Part shown: one piece after another, positions 48,513 to 59,779 of the stretch
Position numbering within the stretch: position 1 is the first letter of the stretch
How the letters are laid out: every line of letters begins with the position of its first letter
Source: Candidatus Latescibacterota bacterium
GTDB lineage: Bacteria; Latescibacterota; UBA2968
Assembly: GCA_965204745.1 (NCBI GenBank)
Contig: OZ242010.1
Location: forward strand, 2,304,001-2,368,000
Direction: 5' to 3'
DNA length: 64,000 bases
Notes under the pieces: model-generated
The model's input: only the letters and a program-made list of their open reading frames with translations
What the model was told of the DNA's origin: nothing
Database searches by the model: none
Translations under genes and position numbers: made by a program

Positions 48513-51500
48513 TGGAAGTGGGAGTCGGGATAGAGGCTTCGGATGTAGGGTTCAATGGCTTGAGCGGTCGTGCGCGTAGCATTTTGCTCGATGACGTTCC
48601 CTCTGACGAGGGCCTCGTTCCGGAAGAAGAGGACGTATCGAATGATCAGGATTATATCCGAGAACAGCCTCACATCGCCATCGCCATCCACATCGAGAAT
48701 GTTCTGATTGACCAACGTGTCGAGGTAGGGTTCAATTTCTTGAGCGGTCGTGCGCGTGGCAGTTTGCTCGATGACATTCCCTCTGAGGAGGGCCTCGTTC
48801 CGGAAGAAGAGGACATATCGAATGACCAGGATTATATCCGAGAACAATCTCACCCGGCCATCGCCATCCACATCCAAGTTGGCACTCGGTGCGTCGTCAT
48901 CGGTCAAGGTCAGGGTCACGGGTGAGGGTGCGGTGATGCCTTGGGCGTTGTTTGCGGTTGCAGACACCGTGACCGTCTTATCGTCTGCCCGGTCAGCGTT
49001 TTCCACGGCGGTGATCGTCACGGTGCCCGTGCTCGTTGTGGCCGTCGCCGCGATGATCAGGGTGTCTGCATTCGATAGCGTGAAGTCGCTCGCAGTTGCA
49101 GGGGACACAGGCGTAGCAGAGACCGTGATCGTCGTGATCGCGCTCGATGGATGCGAGAGGGTCGCCGTGATCGTGGAAACCTCGGCGTTTTCCGAGATGG
49201 ACGAGGGGGTGAGCACCAACGTCACGGTCGGTGTGGCCTCATCGTCTGTGATCGTCAGGGTCACGGCAGACGATAGCGACGCCCCATTGCCACCCGCAAC
49301 CGTTGCAGCCACGGTCACGCGCTTGTCCGGTGCATCGGTCGTATTATTCTCCGCTGTGATCGTCACGGTGCCCGTGCTCGTCGTCACACTCGCCGCGACG
49401 GTCAGCGTGGTCGTGGTCGATAGCGTGAAATCGCCCGCAACCGCAGGCGACACAGCCATCGCTGAAACCGTGATCGTCGTCGCCGCGGTCACGGTGCGAT
49501 TTAGCGTCGCCGTTACTGTTGAAACCGCGCCAGCCTCAGAAATCGACGCCGGAGACAAAACCAACGTCACCTGTGCCACTTCGTCATCGATAATCGTCAG
49601 CGTCGCATCAGTGACCGATCCCGTGCCTATGCTGTTGCCCACCGTGCTCGCCGACACGGTCACCGTCTTGTTCCCCGAAGACATGCTGTTGTCCACCGTC
49701 GTGATCGTCACGGTGCCCGTGCTCGTCGTCGCGCCCGCCGCGACGGTCAGCGTGGCCGTGCCCGATAGCGTGAAGTCGCCCGGAACCGCAGGCGACACAG
49801 CCGACGCGGAAACCGTGATCGTCGTCGCCGCGCTCGATGGGTGCGAGAGGGTCGCTGTCACGGTCGAAACCGCGCCAGCTTCAGAAATCAACGCCGGTGC
49901 CACCATCATCGTCACGTCCGGTGCCGCGTCATCGTCTGTGATCGTCAAAGCCGCGCCGGTCACACTGCCCGCGCCTTGGTCGTTGTTCGCTACACCGGCC
50001 ACGGTCACATTGCGATTAGGCGCGTCTTGGGTGTTGTCCACCGCTGTAATGATCACCGTGTCCGACGCGTTCGCCGTGCTCCCGGCCGCGATGGTGATCG
50101 TCGAATCCGACCCCACTGTGTAGGCATTCGCCACCGGGCGCACCGTGATCGTTGTCGCCGCGCTCGATGGGTGTGTCAGCGTCGCGCTCACCGTGCTCAC
50201 GCCGCCGGCCTCCGAGATGGACGCGGGCATCAGCACCAGCGTCACGTCCGGCGCGGCGTCATCGTCTGTGATCGTCAAATCCGTGCCGGTCACACTGCCC
50301 ACGCCTTGGTCATTGCTCACCGCAACAGACACGGTCACATCGTTGTTCGGCGCATCGGTCGCGTTGTCCACGGCCGTGATCTCTACTGTGTCCGTCGCGT
50401 TCGCCGTGCTCCCGGCCGCGATGGTGATCGTCGAATCCATCCCCACCGTGTAAGCATCCGCCACTGGGCGCACCGTGATCGTCGTGATCGCGCTCGACGC
50501 ATGAGACAGCGTCGCCGTGATCGTCGAAACACCGCCGGTCTCTGCAATCGACGCGGGCGACAGCGTCAGTGCCACATCCGGCGCGGCCTCATCGTCTGTG
50601 ATCGTCAGGGTCACGGCAGACGATAGCGACGCCCCATTGCCACCTGCCACCGTTGCAGACACGGTCACGCCCTTGTCCGGCGCATCGGTCGTGTCGTTCA
50701 CCGATGTGATCGTCACGGTGCCCGTGCTCGTCGTCACACCCGCCGCGATAGTCAGCGTGGTCGTGTTCGATAGCGTGAAGTCATTCGCAACCGCAGGGGA
50801 CACAGCCTCCGCTGAAACCGTGATCGTCGTCGCCGCGGTCGCGGTGCGATTTAGCGTCGCCGTTACTGTTGAAACCGCGCCAGTCTCCGCAATCGACGCC
50901 GGAGACAAAATCAACATCACCTGCGCCACTTCGTCATCGATAATCGTCAGCGGCGCATCAGTGACCGATCCCGTGCCCACGCTGTTGGATGGCGTGCTCG
51001 ACACGGTCACCGTCTTGTTCCCCGAAGACTGGCTGTTGTCCACCGTCGTGATCGTCACGGTGCCCGTGCTCATCGTTTGCCCCGCCGCGACGGTCAGCGT
51101 CTTGTCCGTGCTCAATGTGTAGTCGGATGATGTAGGCACGGAAACCGTGATCGTTGTCGCCGCGCTCGACGTGTGAGACAGGGTCGCCGTCACGGTCGAA
51201 ATCGCGCCGTTCTCTGAAATCAACGCAGGCGTCACAACCATCGTCACGTCCGGCGCAGCGTCATCGTCCGTCAGCGTCAAAGTCACCCCGGTCACACTGC
51301 CCGCGCCATGGGCGTTGCGTGACACACCGGACACGGTCGCGCTGCGATCAAGCGCGTCTTGGGCGTTATCCACGGCCGTGATCGCCACCGTGTCCGACGC
51401 GTTCGCGGTTTGCCCGGCCGCGATGGTGATCGTCGAATCCGTCCCCACGGTATAAGCATCAGCCACCGGGCGCACTGTGATCGTCGTTGCCGAGATCGAT

Positions 51501-54500
51501 AGACGCGATAGCGTCGCCGTGATCGTCGAAACACCGAGGTTCTCCGAAATCGACAACGGTGATGCCGCCAACGTCGCTGTCGGCGCAGCGTCGTCGTCCC
51601 TCAGCGTCAATGTCACGGCAGACGATAAGCGACCTCCATTGCCACCCTGCACCGTTGCAGACACGGTTACGCGCTTGTCCGGCGCATCGGTCATATCGTT
51701 CACCGCTGTGATCGTCACGGTGCCCGTGCTCGTCGTTTGCCTCGCCGCGATGGTCAGCGTTTTCGCGTTCGATAGCGTGAAGGCACTCGCAACCACAGGC
51801 GACACAGGCGCCGCGGAGACCGTGATCGTTGTCGCTGCGCTCGATGGGTGTGCCAGCGTCGCGCTCACCGTTGAAACCTCGCCGTTTTCCGAGATGGACG
51901 AGGGCATCAGTGTCAACGTCACTATCGCGGGTTGGCGTTGAAATTGCACGGTGGTATCCATGCCGGCATATTTCAACACCGGATACTGATCCGCCGCGCC
52001 AAAGGTCCAAGGATCGTCATTGCCAGGCCTGCCATCGACATCCACATTCCAAGTGGCGTAGATGCCGTTGTAATCCGTTTCCGACTGCAACGCGCTGGTG
52101 GTATAGCCCGTGCCGCCAGCACTGGATGAGAGATCGCTACTTTCCGTATCCCAATAGCTATCGGTTCCTGTGCCAGAACCGGTAGCGAACAGACCGCCTG
52201 TCTGGTGGTTGTTCGAATTCCTAGTCGCCGTCCCCGTGGCGTAGCTTGCCGTAATTGTACCGGCATTCTGACCCACGAGACCGCCAATCGCTGAGCTCGC
52301 ATCAGTTCTCCCCCATCCCGACACCGGCCCGGTAGCATAGGACGCTGTCACAGAAGCACCGTTACCCAGGTAACCGACCAACCCGCCGACTTCATAGAGG
52401 ACGCTACCGTACCAATTTGGCCACTTTTGCACGGTGGCATGGGAATAGCAGGCCGCGATGTGACCACTGCTCACCAGCCGGCCGGCCAAACCGCCCACGC
52501 CGTAACGGGCACCCTCAACAAAACCGGTGACATAACAACCCGTTATGCGCCCGCCGTTCTGAGCACCAACTAACCCACCAACGGTGTCTGTCGCGTGTAC
52601 ATTGACATTGAGCAATCCAACCCCAGAAATATCGCCACTCACGATTGAAAACAGCCCAACATTGCTCCTTTGGTTTGTGTGTGGGTAGGACATATACAGA
52701 TAGGAGATGGTCTTGTTATTACCCTTGAACGTACCGGTGTAAGTCCCAATAGGTATCCAACCCGTGCCGCCGTTCCAGTAGGTAGTGTCTGCTTGGGTGA
52801 TTGCGCCGTCGTTGTTCTCGTCAAAGTTGAGGTTGTTGAGCAGTTCGTAGCCTGTGCAGGTTCCGGAAGGGCAACCCATCCGGCCATTGCTGGTGGTGAC
52901 GCGGTTGGGAAAGGCGGCGTTGTAGGTCATAGTGTCACTATCGGCGACGACCCCATCGCCGTTGAGATCCCAGCGGATGGCATGCAGTTGTGCCAGCGTC
53001 TTAATGTCGATGAGGCCATCGCCATCCCTGTCGTAATTGATCGCTTGGGGCGTGCCCATGACCTCGTCCGAGGGCGTGCTATCGGTCCCACCTGCCAGGG
53101 TAGCAGTGACGCGCACCGTGTAGGTCGCGCCAAAAGTCAGGTTCTCTATCGTGTAGGTCGTGGTGCTCATCCCAGAGACCGTCGTCTGGCGATCAGATGT
53201 GTTGTAGCTTTGTCCACCGGACTTCCACTGTATCTTGTAGCCCGTCGCGCCGGTTGCCTCGGTCCAAGCCACAATGAGTTGGGCCGGCCCCGGCGTCACG
53301 CGCACATTGGTGGGCCTGGTGGTCGCCAAGGTCACCATGACTTCCTCCGAGGGGACACTGTCGGCTACATTGATATTGGTACTCGTGGCGATGACGCGAA
53401 TCGTGTAGGTCATCCCTGTAGTCAGCCCAGAAATTTTGTGGATCGTGGTGCTCCCACCAGCGATAGTAGCTTGCCCGTGCGTGGCGGCCTGAGAATCGGC
53501 GTTGGGATAAGTCTCTGACCCGGATTTCCACTGCACCTTATACCCGGTTGCGTTGGTCACCGCATTCCAGGTCACGGTCAGCGTGTCCACCGTCGCACTC
53601 ACATCCACACCCGTTGGGCTACCCAGCGTGAGAATGCTGATCACTTCCTCCGAAGGGGCACTGTCGGCTACATTGGTACGCGTGGCGATGACGCGAATCG
53701 TGTAGGCCATCCCTACGGTCAGCCCAGAAATATCGTAGGTCGTGGTACTCCCGTCAGTGATGGTGGCTTGCCCGTGCGTGGCGGACGCCACATCGGCGTT
53801 GGGATAAGTCTCTGCCCCGGTTTTCCACTGCACCTTATACCCGGTCGCCCCGTTCACCGCATTCCAAGTCACGGTCAATGTGTCCCCCTTCGCCGCCACC
53901 ATCACAGTCGGACTGCCCAGCAGAGGAACGCCGGTCACTTCCTCCGAAGGGGCACTGTCGGCTACATTGGTACGCGTGGCGATGACGCGAATCGTGTAAG
54001 TCGTCCCTGCGGTCAGCCCAGAAATATCGTAGGTCGTGGCACTCCCGCTTGCGATGGTGGCTTGCCCGCGCAAGGCGGCCGCCACATCGGCGTTGGGATA
54101 AGTCTCTGACCCGGTTTTCCACTGCACCTTATACCCGGTGGCATCGTCCACCGCGTTCCAAGTCACGGTCAGCGTGTCCACCTTCGCCGCCACCATCACA
54201 GTCGGACTGCCCAGCACGGGAACGCCGGTCATTTCCTCCGAGGGGGCACTGTCGGCTACATTGGTACGCGTGGCGATGACGCGAATCGTGTAAGTCGTCC
54301 CTACGGTCAGCCCAGAAATATCGTAGGTCGTGGCACTCCCGCCTGCGATGGTGGCTTGCCCACGCAAGGCGGCCGCCACATCGGCGTTAGGATAAGTCTC
54401 TGACCCGGTTTTCCACTGCACCTTATACCCGGTGGCATCGTCCACCGCGTTCCAAGTCACGGTCAGCGTGTCCACCTTCGCCGCCACCATCACAGTCGGA

Positions 54501-57500
54501 CTGCCCAGCACGGGAACGCCGGTCACTTCCTCCGAGGGGGCACTGTCGGCTACATTGGTACGCGTGGCGATGACGCGAATCGTGTAAGTCGTCCCTACGG
54601 TCAGCCCAGAAATATCGTAGGTCGTGGCACTCCCGCCTGCGATGGTGGCTTGCCCGCGCAAGGCGGACGCCACATCGGCGTTAGGATAAGTCTCTGACCC
54701 GGTTTTCCACTGCACCTCATACCCGGTGGCATCGTCCACCGCGTTCCAAGTCACGGTCAATGTGTCCACCGTCGCACTCACCTCCACACCCGTCGGGCGT
54801 TCCAGCATGGGAACGCCGGTCACTTCCTCCGAGGGGGCACTGTCGGCTACATTGGTACTCGTGGCGATGACGCGAATCGTGTAGGTCGTCCCTCTGGTCA
54901 GCCCAGAAATTTTGTAGGTCGTGGCACTCCCGTCAGTGATGGTGGCTTGCCCGCGCAAGGCGGACGCCTGATCGGCGGTGGGATACATCTCATTCCCTGA
55001 TTTCCACTGCACCTTATACCCGGTGGCACTGGTCACCACATTCCAAGTCACGGTCAACGTGTCCAACTTCGCCGCCACCATTACAGTCGGAATGCCCAGC
55101 CTGGAGATAACGCCGGTCTGCTCTGCTGAGGGCATGCCATCGCGGGCACCGGTTTTGGTGGCAATGACACGCACTGTGTAGGTCGTCCCGATGATCAAGT
55201 TGGGGATCTTGTGGAGCGTATCCGTGACGGTCGTCTGACGCGAGGCGGCGTAGCTCTGCATGCCGGATTTCCACTGCACCTTGTACCCCGTCGCATAACT
55301 CGCCGTGCGCCAACGCACGTCCAAGGTGCCCGCTTGTGGCGTCACGGTCACACTTGTCGGAATGCCCGGCGGTTGCATTGCAAATTGTGCGGCGGTGTCC
55401 AGGCCGGCATATTTCAACACCGGATACTGATCCGCCGCGCCAAAGGTCCACGGGTCGTCATTGCCAGACCTGCCATCGACATCCACATCCCAACTGGCGT
55501 AGATGTCGTCGTATGACGTTTGCGACTGCAACGCGCTGGTGGTCTGGCCCGTGCCGCCAGAACTGGATGGGCGACCACTACTTTCCGTATCCCAGTAGCT
55601 ATGGGACACATTGAAAGCTCCAACCCCTGTCAATCCGCCTACATTTATGCTCCCAGTGACTCTCCCCGTGGCATAGCTAGCCGAAAGATTACCACCATTA
55701 AAGTGCCCAACCAGACCGCCCACATTGTCATGTCCAGCCACCGGCCCGATGGCGTAGGACGCTATCACCTGTCCCTCTCCAATCACGTGGCCCACCAAAC
55801 CGCCGGGAGTAAGACCGCCGGTATTATTCCGATTCCGACTACTTCTGACCTCAGCATTGGTATAGCTGGCCGCGATAATGCCTTGTGATTGACCCACTAA
55901 ACCGCCCGCAGTGTGAACGGCACTCTCAACGCGACCCGTGACAAAACAGCCCAGGATGCGACCACCCGTCTGAGCACCGGCCAACCCACTCACGTAGTAT
56001 TGGCCTCTTACATTGACATTTTTCAGCCCCAGACCGGAAATGTTGCCGCTGACACGGCTGAACAGCCCAACATACCAACCAGTAGTAGTGTCGCCGGGAG
56101 GAAGATTAACAAAGATACGGGCGATGTACAGGTTGGAGATGGTCTTGTTATTGCCCTTGAATGTGCCAGTGTAAGTCTCCCGCGAAGCAATCCTCCACGT
56201 TCCAATAGGGAGCCAACCCACGCCGCTGGTCCATGAGGATGGGCCTTCTGAAAAGTCGAGGTTGTTGAGCAATTCGTAGCCTGTGCAGGTCCCGGAAGGG
56301 CAACCCATCCGGACATTGCTGGTGGTATCGCGGTTGGGAAAAGCGGCGGCATAAACGGCGTGGGTAGCGTCGCCGTTGCCATCCATGTCGTAGCGGATGG
56401 CATTGAGTTGCGCCAGCGTCGTAATGTCGATGAGGCCATCGCCATCCCTGTCGTAATCGATCCCCGGGGGCGTGCCCATGACCTCGTCCGAGGGCGTGCT
56501 ATCGACCCCACCTGACAGGATAGCAAGGACGCGCACCGTGTAGGTCGTGCTAACCGTCAGGTTCTCTATCGTGTAGGTCGTGGTGCTCACCCCAGAGACC
56601 TGCGCCTGTCGAGAAGAGGGGTCGTATGCCTGTTGCCCGGACTTCCACTGCACCTTGTATCCCGTCGCGCCGGTTGCCTCGGTCCAACGCACGAGGAGTT
56701 GGGTCGTCCCCGGGGTCACGCGCACATTGGTGGGCCTGTTTGTCGCCGGCATCACCATGACCTCGTCCGAAGGCGTGCTGTCGGCGATATTGATATTGGT
56801 GCTCGTGGCGATGACGCGAACCGCGTAGAGCGTCCCGACGGTCACACCGGAGATTTTGTGGGTCGTGGTGTTCCCGCCTGCGATGGTGGCTTGCCCGCGC
56901 GTGGCGGAATCCAGATCGACGGTGGGATAAGTCAGAGCCCCTGATTTCCACTGCACCTTATACCCGGTTGCATTGGGCACCGCATTCCAAGTCACGGTCA
57001 GCGTGTCCATCTTCGCCGCCACCATCACAGTCGGCTTGCCCAGCAAAGGAACGCCGGGCACCTCGGCTGAGGGAGCACTATCGGCTACATTGGTGTGCGT
57101 GGCGATGACTTGAACCGTGTAGGTCGTCCCTGCGGTCAACCCAGAAATTTTGTGGGTCGTGGTGTTCCCGCCAGCGATGGTGGCTTGCCCGCGCAAGGCG
57201 GACGCCAGATCGGCGGTGGGATACATCTCTGACCCGGATTTCCACTGCACCTTATACCCCGTTGCATTGGGCACCGCATTCCAAGTCACGGTCAGCGTGT
57301 CCATATCCGCCGCCACCATCACCCCCATTGGGCTACGCAACAAGGGAACGCCGGGCACCTCGACAGAGGGAGCACTCCCGGGCAGACCGGCCTTGGTGGC
57401 AATGACACGCACGAGATAGGGCGCCCCGGCGATCAAGTTGGGGATCGCGTAGCGCGTCCCCGTGACGATCGCCTGACGCGAAACATCGTAGGTCCGCCTG

Positions 57501-59779
57501 TAGAGTTTCCACTGCACCTTGTACCCCGTCGCAGTGCTCACCGCAGTCCAGCGCACGTCCAAGGTGTCCACTTTGGGCGTCACGATCACACCCGTCGGCA
57601 TGTCCAGCCCTTTAAGGGGCGTGCCCACGACCTCGTCCGAGGGATCACTATCGGTCCCACCTGCCAGGGTAGCAGTGACGCGCACAGTGTAGGTCGTGCC
57701 AAAAGTCAGGCCCTCTATCGTGTAGGTCGTGGTGCTCCCGTCAGAGACCGTCGCCTGGCGAGAAGAGGTGTTGTAGGTCTGTTGCCCAGACTTCCACTGC
57801 ACCTTGTAGCCCGTCGCGCCGGTTGCCTTGGTCCAATCCACAATGAGTTGGAGCGGCACCGGTGTCATGTGCACATTGGTGGGCTTGGTGGTCGCCGGCG
57901 TCAACATGACTGCGTCCGAAGGGTCACTGTCGGCGGCATTGAGGCGGGTGGCGATGACTTGAACCGTGTAGGTCGTCCCTGCGGTCAGACCAGAAATATC
58001 GTAGGTCGTGGTGAGCACGCTACCGATAGTGGCTTGCCCGCGCGTGGCGGACGCCAGATCGGAGGTGGGATAAGTCAGAGCCCCTGATTTCCACCGCACC
58101 TTATACCCGGTCGCATTGCGTACTAACCCCCAAGTCACGGTCAGCGTGTCTGTCTTCGCCGCCACCATCCCACCCGTCGGCTTGCCCACCCGTTGCGCGT
58201 TAAATTGCGCGGCGGTGTCCATGCCGGCATACTTCAAGACCGGATACTGACTCGTCGTGCCAAAGCTCCACGGATTGTCGTTGCCCGTTTGCCCGTCCAG
58301 GTTTAGGTTCCAGTTGGCGTAGATGCCGGTATAATCCGTGGGGTTTTGGAGCCCGGCGGTGGACTGAGGGCCGCCGCGTCCGGTGTCTTTTTGTCCGGTG
58401 GTGGTACTATCGTAGTAGCTGTAGCTAATTGATGTAGAACTGTTGAAGCCCACCAGACCGCCGATATAAGAGACGGCGCCGGTGCCCCTGACTGCGCCGG
58501 TGGCATAGCTAGCGGTTATCGCGCCCTCGAAAGCAGTACCGACCAGGCCGCCGAAGAAGGTTTGGCCTCTAACGGCGCCGGTGGCATAGCTAGCGCGTAT
58601 GACAGCACTTGAGCCGCTGTGAATGCCCACCAGACCGCCGACGTAAACATTGTCGTTGCTGACTGCGCCGGTGGCATAGCTAGCGGTTATCGTGCCGGAG
58701 TTGCCACCTACCAGACCGCCGAAGCGTACATCAACGTAGGGTCTGCTACCGCGCCCAGTGACGTCCACCTCGGCACCGCAGGCGGTAATGGTCGAGCTAC
58801 CGTGCGTCAGATTGCCCACCAAGCCACCGCCATCGCTGAGCCCGCTGACCTGTCCGGTAACGCGGATGTGCATGAGCTGGAGCCTGTTGCCTTGGCCAAC
58901 AAGGACTGCGGTATAAGCAGAGCCGGTCATATCGGCGTTCACCAGACTCAAATTGCGGATCGTACCGCCCTCGGCATAGCCGAACAGCCCGATATGGTTG
59001 GTGGCAGAGCGGTCGATAAACAGGGTGGAGATGGTATAGTCGTTGCCGTGGAAGTTGCCGGTGTATTTCGTCTCGCTGTTGCCGATGGGCGCCCAACCCT
59101 CGCCGATGTTCCAGTAGGTGGCGTCTGCTGAGGTGATTTCGTTGTCGCTGTTCTCGTCAAAGTTTAGGTTCGCCGTCAGTTCGTAGCCGATACAGGTGGT
59201 ATCGCAACCCATCCCAGGCGGCAGGTTGGGGAAGGCGGCATTGTAGGCGGTCGTATCGCTGGTCGTGGCACTTGTGTCTATGGCACCATCGGCATTGAGG
59301 TCCCAGCGCATGGCATGCAGTTGCGCCAGCCCGGTTTGCCCAGCACCGAGTTCAATGAGGTTGTCGCCATCGGTGTCGTAGTCGGTAAAGTTGCCGGCAG
59401 AGACCGTATAGGTCAGCGTGGTCGTTCCCACAGCGGGGGAAACCACGATGCGGATGCTGACCGGCAGGGTAGATACGGCGACTTGGTGGCCGCTGGTCGC
59501 GCTGGCATCGGCCGGCGTGATGGCGACAGTTGCCCCAGAATTGGTTGGGGTCGCGGTCACGGTGATCTCTGTCGCGCCGGATTGAACGGCAAATGCGTAG
59601 GTGGTTTTGTCGGATGCGAATGTGGAAAGCAGGGTGCCTTGCGTGAGGGTCAGCGCGCTGAGGGTCGTATCGGTATTCGAGGGCGTCGTCTGCGCTGTCG
59701 CGGGGGCGACCAGCAAGGGCATGACCAACATGGCGATCCAGGTTGGAAGGGACAGAAAAGGAAAAATAAAGCGCACCAT
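48509..59779 (-). CDS. Giant secreted adhesin-like protein (3756 aa): cadherin-like beta sandwich, three GLUG-type domains, Fn3 arrays, Calx-beta-like repeats, two C-terminal dockerin-like repeats
   Basis: Signal peptide, GGLVG/ASYATG repeats, ATGYKVQWKSG Fn3 repeats (294-bp period around 53887-54475), 180-bp C-terminal duplication LDVDGDG; AAGGAG RBS. Confidence 0.9.
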   Translation of the reverse strand: MVRFIFPFLSLPTWIAMLVMPLLVAPATAQTTPSNTDTTLSALTLTQGTLLSTFASDKTTYAFAVQSGATEITVTATPTNSGATVAITPADASATSGHQVAVSTLPVSIRIVVSPAVGTTTLTYTVSAGNFTDYDTDGDNLIELGAGQTGLAQLHAMRWDLNADGAIDTSATTSDTTAYNAAFPNLPPGMGCDTTCIGYELTANLNFDENSDNEITSADATYWNIGEGWAPIGNSETKYTGNFHGNDYTISTLFIDRSATNHIGLFGYAEGGTIRNLSLVNADMTGSAYTAVLVGQGNRLQLMHIRVTGQVSGLSDGGGLVGNLTHGSSTITACGAEVDVTGRGSRPYVDVRFGGLVGGNSGTITASYATGAVSNDNVYVGGLVGIHSGSSAVIRASYATGAVRGQTFFGGLVGTAFEGAITASYATGAVRGTGAVSYIGGLVGFNSSTSISYSYYDSTTTGQKDTGRGGPQSTAGLQNPTDYTGIYANWNLNLDGQTGNDNPWSFGTTSQYPVLKYAGMDTAAQFNAQRVGKPTGGMVAAKTDTLTVTWGLVRNATGYKVRWKSGALTYPTSDLASATRGQATIGSVLTTTYDISGLTAGTTYTVQVIATRLNAADSDPSDAVMLTPATTKPTNVHMTPVPLQLIVDWTKATGATGYKVQWKSGQQTYNTSSRQATVSDGSTTTYTIEGLTFGTTYTVRVTATLAGGTDSDPSDEVVGTPLKGLDMPTGVIVTPKVDTLDVRWTAVSTATGYKVQWKLYRRTYDVSRQAIVTGTRYAIPNLIAGAPYLVRVIATKAGLPGSAPSVEVPGVPLLRSPMGVMVAADMDTLTVTWNAVPNATGYKVQWKSGSEMYPTADLASALRGQATIAGGNTTTHKISGLTAGTTYTVQVIATHTNVADSAPSAEVPGVPLLGKPTVMVAAKMDTLTVTWNAVPNATGYKVQWKSGALTYPTVDLDSATRGQATIAGGNTTTHKISGVTVGTLYAVRVIATSTNINIADSTPSDEVMVMPATNRPTNVRVTPGTTQLLVRWTEATGATGYKVQWKSGQQAYDPSSRQAQVSGVSTTTYTIENLTVSTTYTVRVLAILSGGVDSTPSDEVMGTPPGIDYDRDGDGLIDITTLAQLNAIRYDMDGNGDATHAVYAAAFPNRDTTSNVRMGCPSGTCTGYELLNNLDFSEGPSSWTSGVGWLPIGTWRIASRETYTGTFKGNNKTISNLYIARIFVNLPPGDTTTGWYVGLFSRVSGNISGLGLKNVNVRGQYYVSGLAGAQTGGRILGCFVTGRVESAVHTAGGLVGQSQGIIAASYTNAEVRSSRNRNNTGGLTPGGLVGHVIGEGQVIASYAIGPVAGHDNVGGLVGHFNGGNLSASYATGRVTGSINVGGLTGVGAFNVSHSYWDTESSGRPSSSGGTGQTTSALQSQTSYDDIYASWDVDVDGRSGNDDPWTFGAADQYPVLKYAGLDTAAQFAMQPPGIPTSVTVTPQAGTLDVRWRTASYATGYKVQWKSGMQSYAASRQTTVTDTLHKIPNLIIGTTYTVRVIATKTGARDGMPSAEQTGVISRLGIPTVMVAAKLDTLTVTWNVVTSATGYKVQWKSGNEMYPTADQASALRGQATITDGSATTYKISGLTRGTTYTIRVIATSTNVADSAPSEEVTGVPMLERPTGVEVSATVDTLTVTWNAVDDATGYEVQWKTGSETYPNADVASALRGQATIAGGSATTYDISGLTVGTTYTIRVIATRTNVADSAPSEEVTGVPVLGSPTVMVAAKVDTLTVTWNAVDDATGYKVQWKTGSETYPNADVAAALRGQATIAGGSATTYDISGLTVGTTYTIRVIATRTNVADSAPSEEMTGVPVLGSPTVMVAAKVDTLTVTWNAVDDATGYKVQWKTGSETYPNADVAAALRGQATIASGSATTYDISGLTAGTTYTIRVIATRTNVADSAPSEEVTGVPLLGSPTVMVAAKGDTLTVTWNAVNGATGYKVQWKTGAETYPNADVASATHGQATITDGSTTTYDISGLTVGMAYTIRVIATRTNVADSAPSEEVISILTLGSPTGVDVSATVDTLTVTWNAVTNATGYKVQWKSGSETYPNADSQAATHGQATIAGGSTTIHKISGLTTGMTYTIRVIATSTNINVADSVPSEEVMVTLATTRPTNVRVTPGPAQLIVAWTEATGATGYKIQWKSGGQSYNTSDRQTTVSGMSTTTYTIENLTFGATYTVRVTATLAGGTDSTPSDEVMGTPQAINYDRDGDGLIDIKTLAQLHAIRWDLNGDGVVADSDTMTYNAAFPNRVTTSNGRMGCPSGTCTGYELLNNLNFDENNDGAITQADTTYWNGGTGWIPIGTYTGTFKGNNKTISYLYMSYPHTNQRSNVGLFSIVSGDISGVGLLNVNVHATDTVGGLVGAQNGGRITGCYVTGFVEGARYGVGGLAGRLVSSGHIAACYSHATVQKWPNWYGSVLYEVGGLVGYLGNGASVTASYATGPVSGWGRTDASSAIGGLVGQNAGTITASYATGTATRNSNNHQTGGLFATGSGTGTDSYWDTESSDLSSSAGGTGYTTSALQSETDYNGIYATWNVDVDGRPGNDDPWTFGAADQYPVLKYAGMDTTVQFQRQPAIVTLTLMPSSISENGEVSTVSATLAHPSSAATTITVSAAPVSPVVASAFTLSNAKTLTIAARQTTSTGTVTITAVNDMTDAPDKRVTVSATVQGGNGGRLSSAVTLTLRDDDAAPTATLAASPLSISENLGVSTITATLSRLSISATTITVRPVADAYTVGTDSTITIAAGQTANASDTVAITAVDNAQDALDRSATVSGVSRNAHGAGSVTGVTLTLTDDDAAPDVTMVVTPALISENGAISTVTATLSHTSSAATTITVSVPTSSDYTLSTDKTLTVAAGQTMSTGTVTITTVDNSQSSGNKTVTVSSTPSNSVGTGSVTDAPLTIIDDEVAQVMLILSPASIAETGAVSTVTATLNRTATAATTITVSAEAVSPAVANDFTLSNTTTLTIAAGVTTSTGTVTITSVNDTTDAPDKGVTVSATVAGGNGASLSSAVTLTITDDEAAPDVALTLSPASIAETGGVSTITATLSHASSAITTITVRPVADAYTVGMDSTITIAAGSTANATDTVEITAVDNATDAPNNDVTVSVAVSNDQGVGSVTGTDLTITDDDAAPDVTLVLMPASISEAGGVSTVSATLTHPSSAATTITVRPVANAYTVGSDSTITIAAGSTANASDTVIITAVDNTQDAPNRNVTVAGVANNDQGAGSVTGAALTITDDDAAPDVTMMVAPALISEAGAVSTVTATLSHPSSAATTITVSASAVSPAVPGDFTLSGTATLTVAAGATTSTGTVTITTVDNSMSSGNKTVTVSASTVGNSIGTGSVTDATLTIIDDEVAQVTLVLSPASISEAGAVSTVTATLNRTVTAATTITVSAMAVSPAVAGDFTLSTTTTLTVAASVTTSTGTVTITAENNTTDAPDKRVTVAATVAGGNGASLSSAVTLTITDDEATPTVTLVLTPSSISENAEVSTITATLSHPSSAITTITVSATPVSPATASDFTLSNADTLIIAATATTSTGTVTITAVENADRADDKTVTVSATANNAQGITAPSPVTLTLTDDDAPSANLDVDGDGRVRLFSDIILVIRYVLFFRNEALLRGNVIEQTATRTTAQEIEPYLDTLVNQNILDVDGDGDVRLFSDIILIIRYVLFFRNEALVRGNVIEQNATRTTAQAIEPYIRSLYPDSHFQ

